Shown here: piece by piece, positions 51,469 to 64,000 of the stretch
Position numbering within the stretch: position 1 is the stretch's first letter
How the letters are laid out: each line of letters opens with the position of its first letter
DNA from: Octopus vulgaris
Lineage: Eukaryota
DNA: 64,000 bases
Direction: 5' to 3'
NCBI GenBank assembly: GCA_951406725.2
Contig: OX597836.1
Location: forward strand, 22,506,001-22,570,000
Program-made: the position numbers and the translations under genes
The notes under the pieces: generated by a model
Told to the model about the DNA's origin: nothing
The model's database searches: none
Seen by the model: only the letters and a program-made list of their open reading frames with translations

Positions 51469-51877
51469 TCATGGACAATGTTGAAGGCAGACAAGAAAAG
51501 AGTGAGCGCTTTTGAAATGTGGTGTTACCGCAGAATCCTTAGAGTGTCGTGGACGGAGAGAAGGACGAACAACTGGGTACTAGAAAAGCTTGGTTGTGAG
51601 ATGACGCTTCGGTGAAACATCATGAAGTGGAAGCTATGGTTCTTTGGCCACGTCATGCGCTGGGATGGACTTGAGTGAACGATCATAACTGGCATGGTGA
51701 ACGGCAGATGTAAAAGAGGCAGAGCACCCCCACGTCTTGGCTGAAAGACAACGCAGCCACAGGATTGTCTTTATTCTCAGCTGTCCATGGGGTAGAGGAC
51801 AGGTGAAGGTGGCAGACATCGTGGTGACCACAGCATCACATAGTGCAACACCTGACCAGGATGATGATGATGATGAC
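51468..51877 (+). pseudogene. RTE-clade LINE 3' fragment with stops and (GAT)n tail
   Basis: SWTMLKADKKRVSAFEMWCYRRILRVSWTERRTN..WFFGHVMR..GMVNGRCKRGR. Confidence 0.88.
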
Positions 51878-51889
51878 CAGTAATTTCAG

Positions 51890-52044
51890 CGGAGCGGGTA
51901 GTCAATTATATCGACTTCAGTGCTTGGCTGGTTCTTGTTTTATTGATCTTCAAAAGGATGTCAGGCAAGGTTAACCTCAGTGGAAATTCAACCCAGAACT
52001 TAAAGACAGATGAGATGCTGCTAAGCATTTTGTCTGGCATCCTA

Positions 52045-52045
<1 letters not shown>
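51890..52045 (-). mobile_element. SINE B, diverged
   Basis: Family match. Confidence 0.65.
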
Positions 52046-52111
<66 letters not shown>

Positions 52112-52138
52112 TAATAATAATAATAATAATAATTATAA

Positions 52139-52194
<56 letters not shown>

Positions 52195-52200
52195 TAATAA

Positions 52201-54195
52201 CAAAATTCTATCCTTCCACAAGCTCAAAAAGGTTGTAAAAGAAACTCTTATGGGTGCAAAGACCAATTGCTCATAAACAAAATGATTGTAGAGAATTGCC
52301 GGAGCAAAAACAAAAACCTGAGTATGGCATGGATAGACTACAGGAAAGCGTATGACAGTGTCCCACATAAATGGATACTCAAGGCCCTTGAGATATACAA
52401 GATCTCTCCTGTCGTCTCAAAATTCTTAGAGAATAGCATGACCATGTGGAACACACGTCTCTTTCTAAGCCATAGTAATGGGATGAGCCAGTCCAACAGC
52501 ATCAACATCAAACGAGGCATCTTTCAAGGTGACTCCCTCTCTCCATTACTTTTTTGCATGGCACTGATCCCACTCTCAAACGAATTGGATAGTACTAGAT
52601 ATGGGTACAAAGTTTTTAGTAAATTAATAAACCATCTTTTCTATATGGACGACCTAAAGCTGTTTGCCAGGAATGACCAAGAGCTAGAAGGGCTGCTAAC
52701 AACTGTTAAAGAATTTAGCAATGATATCGGAATGGATTTTGGCCTTGATAAGTGTGCTAAAGCAACTTTTGTAAGAGGCAAGCTCAGGCAAACAGCTTCT
52801 GTTAAATTAGATATTGACACTACCATCAAGGAACTTGACCCACAGGAAAATTACAAATACCTAGGAATCAACGAAGGAGATGGTATACATCATGCTACTA
52901 TGAAGGAAAAAATAAGAAAGGAATACTATAGGAGAATAAGGCTTGTACTGAAGACTGAACTCAACTCCAAAAATTGCATTGAGGCCATTAACACCCTGGC
53001 ACTTCCAGTAGTCCAGTACAGTTTTAATATCATTAACTGGAACCTTACGGAACTCCAACGCTTAGACAGGAAGACAAGAAAGTTACTGACATCCAAGAGC
53101 ATGCACCACCCTAAGGCAGATGTAGACCGCTTGTACCTACCTAGAAGCAGCGGGGGGAGAGGAATGATGCAATTAGAGCTGTGCTATAAGACCTCTACTG
53201 TAGGAATGAACAGGTACCTATCTAGTACAAAGGACTGGATGCTGCGACTTGTGCGCGAACACGAAAGCAACAAAAAGCTGCATTCTATTGTCAAGGAAGC
53301 TTATAAGTTCGAAAGGGAACTAGACATTAACCTTGAATCAGATGAAGAGCCGGAAACCACTGCTACCAAGCAAGCAAAGCGAATCAAGCAGACTGCAAAA
53401 AAGAACAGGCAGAATCAAATTGAGAGGCGGTGGAGCCAGAAGCCCCTGCATGGACAATATATTCTCCGAAGCCAAAATGCTGATGTAGACCAAGCAACAA
53501 CCCATCAGTGGCTGAAGAGCTCTGGATTGAAAGCAGAGACTGAAGGTTTCATAATGGCAGCACAAGATCAAAGCTTGTTTACCAGAAATTACCAGGCTAA
53601 CGTTCTCCGAAACGGTACTGACCCTAAATGCAGATTCTGCGACACATTTGACGAAATGATAGACCATCTCGTTTCGGGATGTCCTGTGCTGACACCAAAC
53701 GAATACAAAAATCGCCACGATAGGGTAGGACAGTATATACATTGGAAGATATGTAAACACTACAAATCCGACACTCCTGCTAACTGGTATGAACACCATC
53801 CTCAGCCAGTTGTTGAAGGTAAAGATGTCACCATCCTCTGGGATTTTCCAGTCAACACTGACAGAACGATCAAGGCTAATCGACCAGACATAATTGTTAA
53901 AGACAGGGAAGAAAATACCTGCAGACTAATAGAAGTAAGCGTCCCCACTGATAAAAATGTATCTGTCAAGGAATTTGACAAACTTAGTAAATATAAGGAC
54001 CTGGAAATCGAAATACAGAGGATGTGGAATCTTAAAACAAAAACTGTTCCTGTTATTGTAGGTGCCCTAGGTATGATAAAAAAGGGATGTCAGAAACACC
54101 TAGACAATATCCCTGGAAAACCATGTCTCAAGGAAATCCAAAAGATTGTGCTAACAAGTACTGCCCACATCCTTAGAAAAACCCTATCAATGTAA
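52201..54195 (+). CDS. R4/Dong-type non-LTR retrotransposon ORF, 5'-truncated: RT, CCHC zinc knuckle and restriction-like endonuclease; element extends to about 54370
   Basis: QKGC..GCKDQLL, AWIDYRKAYDSVPH, RGIFQGDSLSPLLF, HLFYMDDLKLF, YKYLG, CRFC..HLVSGC, RHD, RPDIIV..LIEVSVP..KLSKY; open for 665 codons from 52201; (AAT)n on both sides. Confidence 0.92.
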   Translation, partial: QNSILPQAQKGCKRNSYGCKDQLLINKMIVENCRSKNKNLSMAWIDYRKAYDSVPHKWILKALEIYKISPVVSKFLENSMTMWNTRLFLSHSNGMSQSNSINIKRGIFQGDSLSPLLFCMALIPLSNELDSTRYGYKVFSKLINHLFYMDDLKLFARNDQELEGLLTTVKEFSNDIGMDFGLDKCAKATFVRGKLRQTASVKLDIDTTIKELDPQENYKYLGINEGDGIHHATMKEKIRKEYYRRIRLVLKTELNSKNCIEAINTLALPVVQYSFNIINWNLTELQRLDRKTRKLLTSKSMHHPKADVDRLYLPRSSGGRGMMQLELCYKTSTVGMNRYLSSTKDWMLRLVREHESNKKLHSIVKEAYKFERELDINLESDEEPETTATKQAKRIKQTAKKNRQNQIERRWSQKPLHGQYILRSQNADVDQATTHQWLKSSGLKAETEGFIMAAQDQSLFTRNYQANVLRNGTDPKCRFCDTFDEMIDHLVSGCPVLTPNEYKNRHDRVGQYIHWKICKHYKSDTPANWYEHHPQPVVEGKDVTILWDFPVNTDRTIKANRPDIIVKDREENTCRLIEVSVPTDKNVSVKEFDKLSKYKDLEIEIQRMWNLKTKTVPVIVGALGMIKKGCQKHLDNIPGKPCLKEIQKIVLTSTAHILRKTLSM

Positions 54196-54370
54196 ATGTC
54201 TGTGTTTGCATTACATGGAGATATATCTCTACTTCCCCTCCCCAAGTTTTCAGCTATATTTCAACAACTCTTAACCTTCACTTGCCCTAGGGCGCTGGGT
54301 GTGCCCCGGCAGGTGATTGCATCAAACATGCAGATTAAAAGTAAATGACAATGATAATAATAACAATAAT

Positions 54371-54581
54371 CCTTTCTACTATATGCACAAGACCTGAAAT
54401 GTGGGGTAGGGAACTAGTTGATTACATCAACCCCAGTGTTTCACTGGTACTTAATTTATCAACCCCCAAAAAGATGAAAGGCAAAGTTGACCTCGGCAGA
54501 ATTTGAACTCAGAACGTGAAGATTGATGAAATGCCACTAAGTATTTTGCCTGCTGGGCTAACGATTCTGCCAGCTTGCCAC
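54371..54581 (-). mobile_element. SINE B variant with (ATT)n tail
   Basis: Reverse complement of the 15315-15530 type. Confidence 0.8.
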
Positions 54582-54714
54582 TTTAATAATCGATCACAAA
54601 TACTAAAAATGAACAACCACCCAGACAGGCAAGCAGTACCCTTACCCTCACCCCCGTTTATTATCACCACAAAGTATTGCAGATGGTGGTAGTGGTCATG
54701 ATTAATTAATTATA

Positions 54715-54874
54715 GTAGTGGGTACAGTGGTGGTGGTGGTGGTGGTGGTGGTGGTGGTTAAAGCAGTAGTACTGGTAGTTGTAGCAGTAATGGTAAAAAT
54801 AGTAAGGTTGACAGTAGCATTAGAACTGGTTGTGGTGGTGTTTATAATGGTAGACAGAGGAGAGAGGGTGAAAA

Positions 54875-54924
<50 letters not shown>

Positions 54925-55810
54925 ATGGTAGTAGTGGTGGTGGTGGTGGTGAGAGGGAAGAGTCTAATTTTTGAGGTTAAGGTGGATAACAGAGAAGAGG
55001 TAACACAGTTAGATTCTTCTTCTTCTTCTTCTCTTCCTCCCCCATCTTTCCTCCTTTCCCCCTCTCACCCCTCCCCATCCTCCTACCCCACTGTACTTGC
55101 CTGGTATTGAACCCAACCACAACAAAGGTCAACCCAGTCACATGAACCCCAACAGCTGGAATTAAAAACAAATAAATGAAGGACAAAATATTTAAAGTAT
55201 AAAAATGGGATCAGAGGCGGGTGGGGGGAGGATGGGGGTGGGGGTGGAAGTGATGATTATAGCAGTGGTAGTAGTTGTGGTGGGGTGGTTAGTGGTTGTG
55301 GAGGTGATAGTGGTGGTAGCAGTTGTGGGGGTCATAATAGTGGTAACAGCGGTAGTGATGATAGTGGTGATGGTAGTAGTGCTGGTGGTGGTGCTGGTGG
55401 TTGTGGTGGTGGTGGTGGTTATGGTGGTGGTAGTGGTGGTAGTGGTGGTGGTGGTGGTGGTGGTGGTGGTGGTAGTAGTAGTAGTAGTGGTGGTGGTGGT
55501 GGTGGTTGTGGTGGTGGTGGTGGTTATGGTGGTGGTAGTGGTGGTGGTGGTTATGGTGGTGGTAGTAGTAGTAGTAGTGGTGGTGGTGGTGGTTGTGGTG
55601 GTGGTGGTAGTAGTAGTAGTAGTGGTGGTGGTGGTGGTGGTGGTGGTGGTGGTATGGTGGTGGTGGTGGTAGTGGTGGTAGTGGTGGTGGTGGTTATGGT
55701 GGTGGTAGTGGTGATAGTGGTGGTGGTGGTAGTAGTAGTGGTGGTGGTGGTGGTCGTGGTCGTGGTGGTGGTCATCTTTGTCAGTGTAGTTGTTGTTGTT
55801 GTGGTTGTCT
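54715..55810. repeat. (GGT)n/(GTA)n microsatellite tracts
   Basis: Directly visible. Confidence 0.9.
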
Positions 55811-56284
55811 TCGTCCCTCCTGGCAGTGTTGGTCAGGGCGGTAGAGTAATAGTGTTGTAGATCAGCACTTGCAAGAAAGATGGAAACCAAGAGAAGTTTC
55901 CAGAGGGAGATGTTGGGTGGATGGGACGAAAGGACTGGCTGCAGTGGTTAGTGTGGATAAAGGAGAGAGGAGAGCAGACACATAAGTAACCAGAGATAAG
56001 TAGACAGACAGACAGACAGACGGACGGACGGACGGACGGACGGACGGACGGACGGACGGACGGACGGACGGATGGATGGATGGATAAACAAGTAGGACAG
56101 GGCGGTACCTAAATGGTGCAGGTACCAAAGCCAGCCAACTGTGAGGAACTGTGAGCCCATTATAGTAACAATAGAAAAGACAGAACATAAAGAGAGAGAA
56201 GAGGGTGGAGTGTGTGCATTTGGGATTTAATGACAATCAATATAAAATATATATATTAGTTAAAAAATGTTTATTAGCAACAGA

Positions 56285-56680
56285 GGCCACCTTGAAGAAT
56301 TTTTAGTTGAATATTTCAACACCGGAATTTACTTTTTCAAACCTGGGACTTTATTCTATTGGTTTCTTTTGCCAAACTGCTAAGTTACAGGAATGCAAAC
56401 ACACTAACATTGGTTGCTGCCAAGCTGTGATGAGGACAAACACAGATACAAAGATACACACCTCCATACATACACACACAAAAGCACACACATACACACA
56501 TACATATATGTATATATGACAGGCTTCTTTCAGTTTCTGTCTACTAAATCTGCTCACAAGGCATTGGTCAGCCCAAGGCTATAGTAGAAAACATGACACT
56601 TGCTCAAGGTGCCACACAGTGGGACTGAACCTAGAACTATGTGGTTGAGAAGCAAGCTTCTTACCACACAGCCACACCTA
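56285..56680 (-). mobile_element. SINE A, diverged
   Basis: Family match. Confidence 0.8.
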
Positions 56681-56708
56681 TTTGACAAAATTATTTTACT
56701 AATTTCTT

Positions 56709-56936
56709 ATTCCTTTATTGCCACAAGGGGCTAAACACAGAGGGGACAAACTAGGACAGACAAATGGATTAAGTCGATTACATCAACCCCAGAGCGTAAC
56801 TGGAACTTAATTTATCAACTCCGAAAGGATGAAAGGTAAAGTTGACCTTGTTGGAATTTGAACTCTGAACGCCATCGCGGATGAAATACCACAAAGCATT
56901 TCACCCAGCATGCTAATGTTTCTGCCAGCTTGCCTC
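56709..56936 (-). mobile_element. SINE B, full length, 15-bp TSD
   Basis: TSD ttttactaatttctt at 56694-56708 and 56937-56951. Confidence 0.9.
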
Positions 56937-56960
56937 TTTTACTAATTTCTTCATTATTAT

Positions 56961-57127
56961 AGGTGCAGGAGTGGGTGTGTGGTGAGTGGTTTGTTTGCCA
57001 ACCACATGGTTCCGGGTTCAGTCCCACTGCGTGGTACCTTGGGCAAGTGTCTTCTACTATAGCCTCGGGCCGGCCAGGGCCTTGTAGGTGGATTTGATGG
57101 ACGGAAACTGAAAGAAGCCCGTCGTGC

Positions 57128-57162
<35 letters not shown>

Positions 57163-57378
57163 TGTGTGTTTGTGTGTCTGTGTTTGTCCCCCTAGCATTG
57201 CTTGACAACCGATGCTGGTGTGTTTATGTCCCCGTTACTTAGCGGTTCTGCAAAAGAGTCTGATAGAATAAGTACTGGCTTACAAAAGAATAAGTCCCGG
57301 GGTTGAGTTGCTCGATTAAAGGCGGTGCTCCAGCATGGCCGCAGTCAAATGACTGAAACAAATAAAAGAGTAAAGAGT
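56961..57378 (+). mobile_element. SINE A, full length
   Basis: Family match. Confidence 0.9.
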
Positions 57379-57942
57379 ATTTAAGAAATTTATTGAAACA
57401 AAAGTAGCGTATTTCTACAGAACTGTGGTAACTAAGGGGTGAGGACTAAATATTTTGTATCCCAGAACCAGAATTGGTTGTCTGAGAGAAGAGGATATAT
57501 AAAGAATTTTAGATATATATGTTTGTTAGGCAACACCTTAGTATATTTTCATTACAAGTCTTTCTCGCTAAAAAAGAAAAATCTTCAAAGCCGTACTGGC
57601 TTCAGCTTTGTGAAAAAAATTCCTTATCTTGCAGGAAGATGACTTGAAAGAATTAAATTATACCATGCAGAGAGAAAGAAATTGTATTTGGCACATAGGT
57701 CATAGATTCTGGCTATGAAGATATAAACTAGAGTGGAGTGGTGAGTGTGTTTGTGTGGGGCAAGGGGAGGAGCACAAAACACTCGCAGACACGGAGACAT
57801 GTACAATTGCAAACACATACATACAATTATAGACACTGCCACCTACACACAGTAACACTCATATACATATACACATATACATGCAAACATACAAATATAT
57901 ATATATATATATATACACGCACACACGCACACTTATATAGAG

Positions 57943-57994
<52 letters not shown>

Positions 57995-58044
57995 GTATGT
58001 ATATATATATATATACATAATTTACAAAATAAGGGCAAATAATA

Positions 58045-58117
<73 letters not shown>

Positions 58118-58668
58118 CATATACGTATATGTACCTATATGTGTATACATGTGTATAATATAGATAGATGGATGTATGTATATATGTATGAATGTATGTA
58201 TGTATGTATGTATGTATGCATGTGTGTATGTATGCATGTATGTTTGTATGTGTTGGTTGATAGATAGATACATCCATCCATACATACATACACACATACA
58301 CTCACATACACACATACACACAGACACATACAAACATACACGTATACAAACACACTGATACATATACAAACATACCTTACTCTCTCACACACACATGCAC
58401 GCACACACACACGCACACACAGCAATACATACATACACACAACCACCCACACAAGTGTATAGATAGAATGGGAGAGGTTGGTTCAGTTATTTTCCTTGTG
58501 GGTAGGGGTCATATCACTTTCCTCCCCTCTGGCCCTTAAAACGTGACTGACTTGTGTTCAACAAAGAAAAAAATGTTTTCTAGGACAGGGGTAATGTAGA
58601 CCCATGTTTCCTTGTGAAAACAGACCCTAAAGACATAACCCCCCACCCATTAACACACAATCCACATT

Positions 58669-58728
<60 letters not shown>

Positions 58729-58869
58729 TGTGTGTTTGTGTGCACACAGTCACAGCATGTATTTGTATATTCTTTTATTTGTTTCAGCTAGGTGGCTGCG
58801 GTCATACTGGAGCACCATGTCTATAGATACACACACATATGTACACATATATAGTTAAACGCACACACA

Positions 58870-58916
<47 letters not shown>

Positions 58917-59048
58917 CTATCTATATTATACACATGCATAGACATATATGTACATACATATATATATACATATACATATATATATATATATATATTATTA
59001 TATATACAGGACTAGTACTGTTTCATTCAAGAGAAATCTTCAGGAAGC

Positions 59049-59129
<81 letters not shown>

Positions 59130-59131
<2 letters not shown>

Positions 59132-59352
59132 GATAAAGTTAATCCGAACAAGAAAGCACAAAAAAACACAACAACGCGAGGACGTGGAACAAATATAATA
59201 TTATTGGACACTCGGGAAAGTAGGAAAGAAGGAGGGTTTAACGCTTCGAGCGGAGCTCTTCGTCAGAAACATAGGAGAAGGAAAGATCCAGAGAAGTGAA
59301 GACAGAGGGAAAAAAATCGCCAACAGTACACACGAGGTCACATTTTGAAAGG
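59130..59352 (-). mobile_element. Penelope-like terminal-repeat fragment between (TA)n tracts, with minimal hammerhead at about 59236-59269
   Basis: GTTT-CTGACGA-A-GAGC tcc GCTC-GAAg-C-GTT-AAAC. Confidence 0.7.
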
Positions 59353-59470
59353 ATATATATGTATATGTGTGTGTGCATGCAGGGTTGTGTGCGTGTATGT
59401 CCAGTGTGTTTGTATACATGTAAGTGTTTTTGTGTGATGGTGTATATATATTTGTGTGTGTGTGTGTATT

Positions 59471-59633
59471 GGTGCAGGAGTGGCTGTGTGGTAAGTATCT
59501 TGCTTACCAAGCACATGGTTCCAGGTTCACTCCTGCTGTGTGGCAGCCTGGGCAAATATCTTCAATGATAACCTCAGGCCGACCAAAGCCTTGTGAGTAG
59601 ATTTGGTAGATGGAAACTGAAAGAATCCCGTAG

Positions 59634-59635
<2 letters not shown>
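59471..59635 (+). mobile_element. SINE A, 5' half
   Basis: Family match. Confidence 0.8.
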
Positions 59636-59665
<30 letters not shown>

Positions 59666-59724
59666 TGTATGTATGTATGATGTATGTATGTATGTATGTA
59701 TGCATGCATGCATGCATATGTATA

Positions 59725-61870
59725 TTCCTGGATTGCAAATGCATAACCTTCAAAGTGTGATGTGATGTAGTGGTCTTGTGTCCAGGAGAGGATGTGCTTC
59801 ATGTCAATTCTACTGTTTTCTTCATGTATAGTCTTTTGTATGCTGAGTGCTTTCCATCCAGGTCTTCTCTGAGGTAAGAGAACCCAGCTGTTTTGGGGCT
59901 GTATAGGAGATCATCAGGAAGAGAGTGTTTCTTGAGGAACTCACTGCCAACTCATACAATGTTGCTTACTTTACTTTTCAGCACTGCATTTATATATCTA
60001 TTTTTGCTGCTGTTGTTCATTAAGTGCTGCCTGAGTGATACCATATGGCATTTGAAAGCCATCTGCACTAATCTCAGGCCTCTACCACCTTCATTTTTTC
60101 TTAGATAGAGCATATAAAACATCACTGTTTCTGTGGAAATTCCCAGTTGTTGTCAGGATTTTGCAGGTTTTGATATCTATGAAGTGGATTTCCTCTACAG
60201 ACCAATCAAGTGTCCCAAACGGGATCAACACTAGTATTGAAAATGCATTGTGAGATATTTTGTTGTAAGAAGAGAGTTCTGACTGCCATAGTTTCCTAAG
60301 CGTGGTGTAATATTCTCTATCTTTATTCACTGTGCCTTCATATGATACATTTTCATCTATGCCTAGGTACTTGTAACATTCTTTGTGTGGAATGGGGAAG
60401 ATAGAGAGACCATTGATGCTCAGGTTTTGGGTTTGGGGGACTGACTTTGCTCGTTCTATAACCAAATATGAACATTTCTTTTGGCCAAATTCCATGCCTA
60501 TATCAGATGAAAATGTTGTTATTAATTCCAGTTGTTCTTTGGCATTGTTAACACTTTTAGCATAAAGCTTCAGGTCGTCTACAAAGAAATTATGAGTTAC
60601 ATTGATATTTCTTGCAGCTGAAGATCCTAGCATGTAACCATTTGTTTTCTGCAATAGGAACGATAAAGGATTCAGAGCCAAAATGTTAAAAAGTACAGAA
60701 AGACTTTCTCCTTGGAATATTTCCTTTGAAATGCCTATACTATCAGAAACGATTATTCTGTTCTCAGTTGAAACAGTAAGAACTGTTGTCCATGCCTTTG
60801 TGAGTCTTTCTATAGCAGCAATTAAGGCAGTTGTTACCTTTGCCAGATGTAGGCACTTCAACAGCCATGAATGAGGTATAGAGTCGAATGCCTTCTTATA
60901 GTCAAGCCATACTGCCACAAGGTTTCTGCATCGTTTTCTTACTTCAGACAGTACAACTTTGTATATTAAATGCTGTTTGGCACATCCCCACACTCCCTTC
61001 TTTCCACCAGCCTGTTCATCAGTCACAATGTTGCTCGACTCACAATGGTCCTGGAGGAATTGGTTGAGGCAACTTGTGTACTGTTTGTACATAGTGTTTA
61101 GGCAAGCAATGGGTTTGTATTTTCCTGACATCTTGGTGATTTCATATTTGGCAACAAGATTTGTCCTTGCTATAGCAAACCAATTTGGTATATCAATCTG
61201 ACCTTCCATAATCCTTTTGAACAGACATATCAATTGGTTTCAATAAAATGTCAGCTTCTTGTGCCAATATCCAACTATTAGTTCCCTCCCAAATGCCTTC
61301 CCATTCTGCAGTTTGCCTACTGCTATAGTGAAGGTGTCTGCATCAATTTCGTATGTTTTACTGTTAGTGCTGGTACAGTATTCTCTCTCAATTGTATTTG
61401 ACCATGATGCATTCAGGTTGAAATCCTTCTTTCCATTCCAAATTTTTTACCAGAATAATTGTAGATCTTCTTGGGAGGGAGCTCTCTTAATGGTAATGTT
61501 TTCCTTCCTCATCCCTCTGCATAAAGCTTGTGGGTTGGAAGCAAACTTGTGATTGATACTGGCTCATTCAAAAATTCATATGCAATAGCGGAGTTTCTCG
61601 CTCATCATCCTGAGTTCATGTTTTAAGGTGATTAGCTTTCCCTCAAGAGCTCGGTGTGAAGAGTTGCCATAAAGTCTCATTAATTTTTGTCTAAGGTAGA
61701 CCAGGTGAGGTGTAAACTCATTTTTCTCCTTACATTTCATTGATGTAGTTAACCATCCGATATGGCAGCACGTGTTGTTCATATTTTCTTCAAGTTTTCT
61801 TTTCCGTCTTGGTTGTTTCTGTTCAGTAATTTTGTTACTTCGTTTACTGTAGATTTCTCCTAGGTGTTCT
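59725..61870 (-). pseudogene. Decayed R4/Dong-type non-LTR retrotransposon (RT region); 3' end lost
   Basis: YKPIACLNTMYK, EQAGGKKG..GC, WLDYKKAFDSIPHSWL, IFQGESLS, HNFFVDDLKLY, YKYLG, and FEGYAFAIQE in a downstream frame; frameshifts. Confidence 0.88.
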
Positions 61871-61914
61871 TTCAGAGAAATAGTGGCTGTGTATATAAGA
61901 GTATTAATATATAT

Positions 61915-61931
61915 CTGTATGTATGCATGTG

Positions 61932-61982
<51 letters not shown>

Positions 61983-63672
61983 ATGTATGTTTGTGTGTAT
62001 GTATGTTTGTGTGTATGTATGTATGTATGTATGTATGTGTGTGTATGTATGTATATATGTATGTATGTACGTATGTGTATGTGTGTATGTATGTATGTAT
62101 GTATGTATGTATGTTTGTATGTATGTATGTATGTATGTATGTATGTATGTATGTGTGTATGTATGTATGTATGTATGTATGTATAGAAAACAAGTTTTTT
62201 TATTCCACACAGGTAGAAATATAGAAAAAAAGAGTTGCAAAATGCATTGGGATTTGTTTACAATTTTTTATTTTCGAATTTTCAAAGACTCAACCAGTTT
62301 CATAGATTTCTCTGATTATTAAAAGTTCAGTTAGAAAGATACGAAGCTATGCCACAACTGTCTAGCTTTTGTGTGTACATACATTCATACATGCATGCAT
62401 GCATGCATACATACATACATACATACATACATACATACATACATACAAACATACACACACACACATACATACACACACACATACATACATGCATACACAC
62501 ATACATACACACACACATACATACATACATACATACACACATACATACATACATATATACATACATATATACATACATGCATACACATATACACACATAC
62601 ATACACACATATATACATACATACACATGTACATACATACACACACATACATACATACATATATACATACACATACATAGATCCCTACGTATACACATAC
62701 ATACATACATACATACATGCATACATACATACATACACACACACACATACATACACACATACATACATACATACACACACACATACATACATACATGCAT
62801 ACACACATACATACATATATACATACATACATACATACATACAAACATACACACACACACATACATACACACACACATACATACATGCATACACACATAC
62901 ATACACACACACATACATACATACATATACACACATACATACATATATACATACATATATACATACATGCATACACATATACACACATACATACACACAT
63001 ATATACATACATACACATGTACATACATACACACACATACATACATACATATATACATACACATACATAGATCCCTACGTATACACATACATACATACAT
63101 ACATACATACATACATGCATACATACATACACACACACACATACATACACACATACATACATACATACACACACACATACATACATACATGCATACACAC
63201 ACACATACATACATACATACATACATACATAAATACATACATACACACATACATACATATATACATACATATATACATACATGCATACACACATACACAC
63301 ACATACATACATACACACATATATACATACATACACATGTACATACATACATACACACACATACATACATACATATATACATACACATACATAGATCCCT
63401 ACGTATATACATACATACACAAAGCATGCATACATACATACACATATACATACATACACACATATATACATACATACACATGTACATACATACATACACA
63501 CACTTACATACATACATATATACATACACATACATAGATCCCTACGTATATACATACATACATACACAAACATGCATACATACATACATACACATATACA
63601 TACATACACACATACATACACACGTACATACATACATACATACATATATACATGTATACACACAAACACACA
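61915..63672. repeat. (TATG)n then (CATA)n/(CA)n arrays with higher-order repetition
   Basis: Marker agatccctacgta at 62679, 63069, 63393 and 63536. Confidence 0.92.
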
Positions 63673-64000
63673 GAGATAAACATTGAGTAGGAAACTCTTG
63701 GCTCAATTGTGTTCAACTCTTATGATCTGTTTGTATTGGAGAAGAAAAGGAAACAACACACACCACCACTACAACCACCACCACCAACTCCACCACTACC
63801 ACCACAACTACCATCACCACCACTACTACCACCACCAAAACAGCCATCATTTCCAACAATACCATTAATGAAATAGCTGTCGCCACCACCACCATCAGAG
63901 GAGCCATCATCATCATCATCAATAAGAATAAAATTGGAAACAGCAACTAAATGAATAAACAAGTGAGGAAGTTGCTGCTGCTGGTGATGGTGGAGAAAGT

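Noticed and set aside
128-63962. Hundreds of low-complexity ORFs (poly-YI, HT, CV, LS, PSF, V, G, D), up to 471 aa
   Set aside because: They are stop-free translations of di-, tri- and tetranucleotide microsatellites and are open in several frames at once.

Overview
AT-rich eukaryotic DNA made almost entirely of microsatellites and transposable-element debris. The SINE families present look like those of octopus (coleoid cephalopod); this is recognition from memory, not a database result. No host protein-coding exon can be supported, and nearly all listed ORFs are translated microsatellites. The real coding remnants are all TE-derived: a decayed mariner transposase (11408-12605), a 5'-truncated CR1-type LINE RT (24213-25445), an open 5'-truncated R4/Dong-type RT plus restriction-like endonuclease ORF (52201-54195), two more R4/Dong relics, RTE fragments and an L1/Tx1-type 3' end. 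Non-coding TEs include about 40 tRNA-headed modular SINE copies, piggyBac- and TcMar-type MITEs and a non-autonomous Helitron. The most interesting signal is a set of unrelated short non-coding elements, mostly in (TA)n tracts and often in inverted or tandem arrangement, that carry minimal hammerhead-ribozyme motifs (Penelope/retrozyme-like). One is fused behind a tRNA-type Pol III promoter (20650-21062), and one family has a compensatory U3:A8 catalytic core (28731-28767, 40847-40883). Family letters A-H are my own labels, and repeat boundaries are read by eye and approximate.
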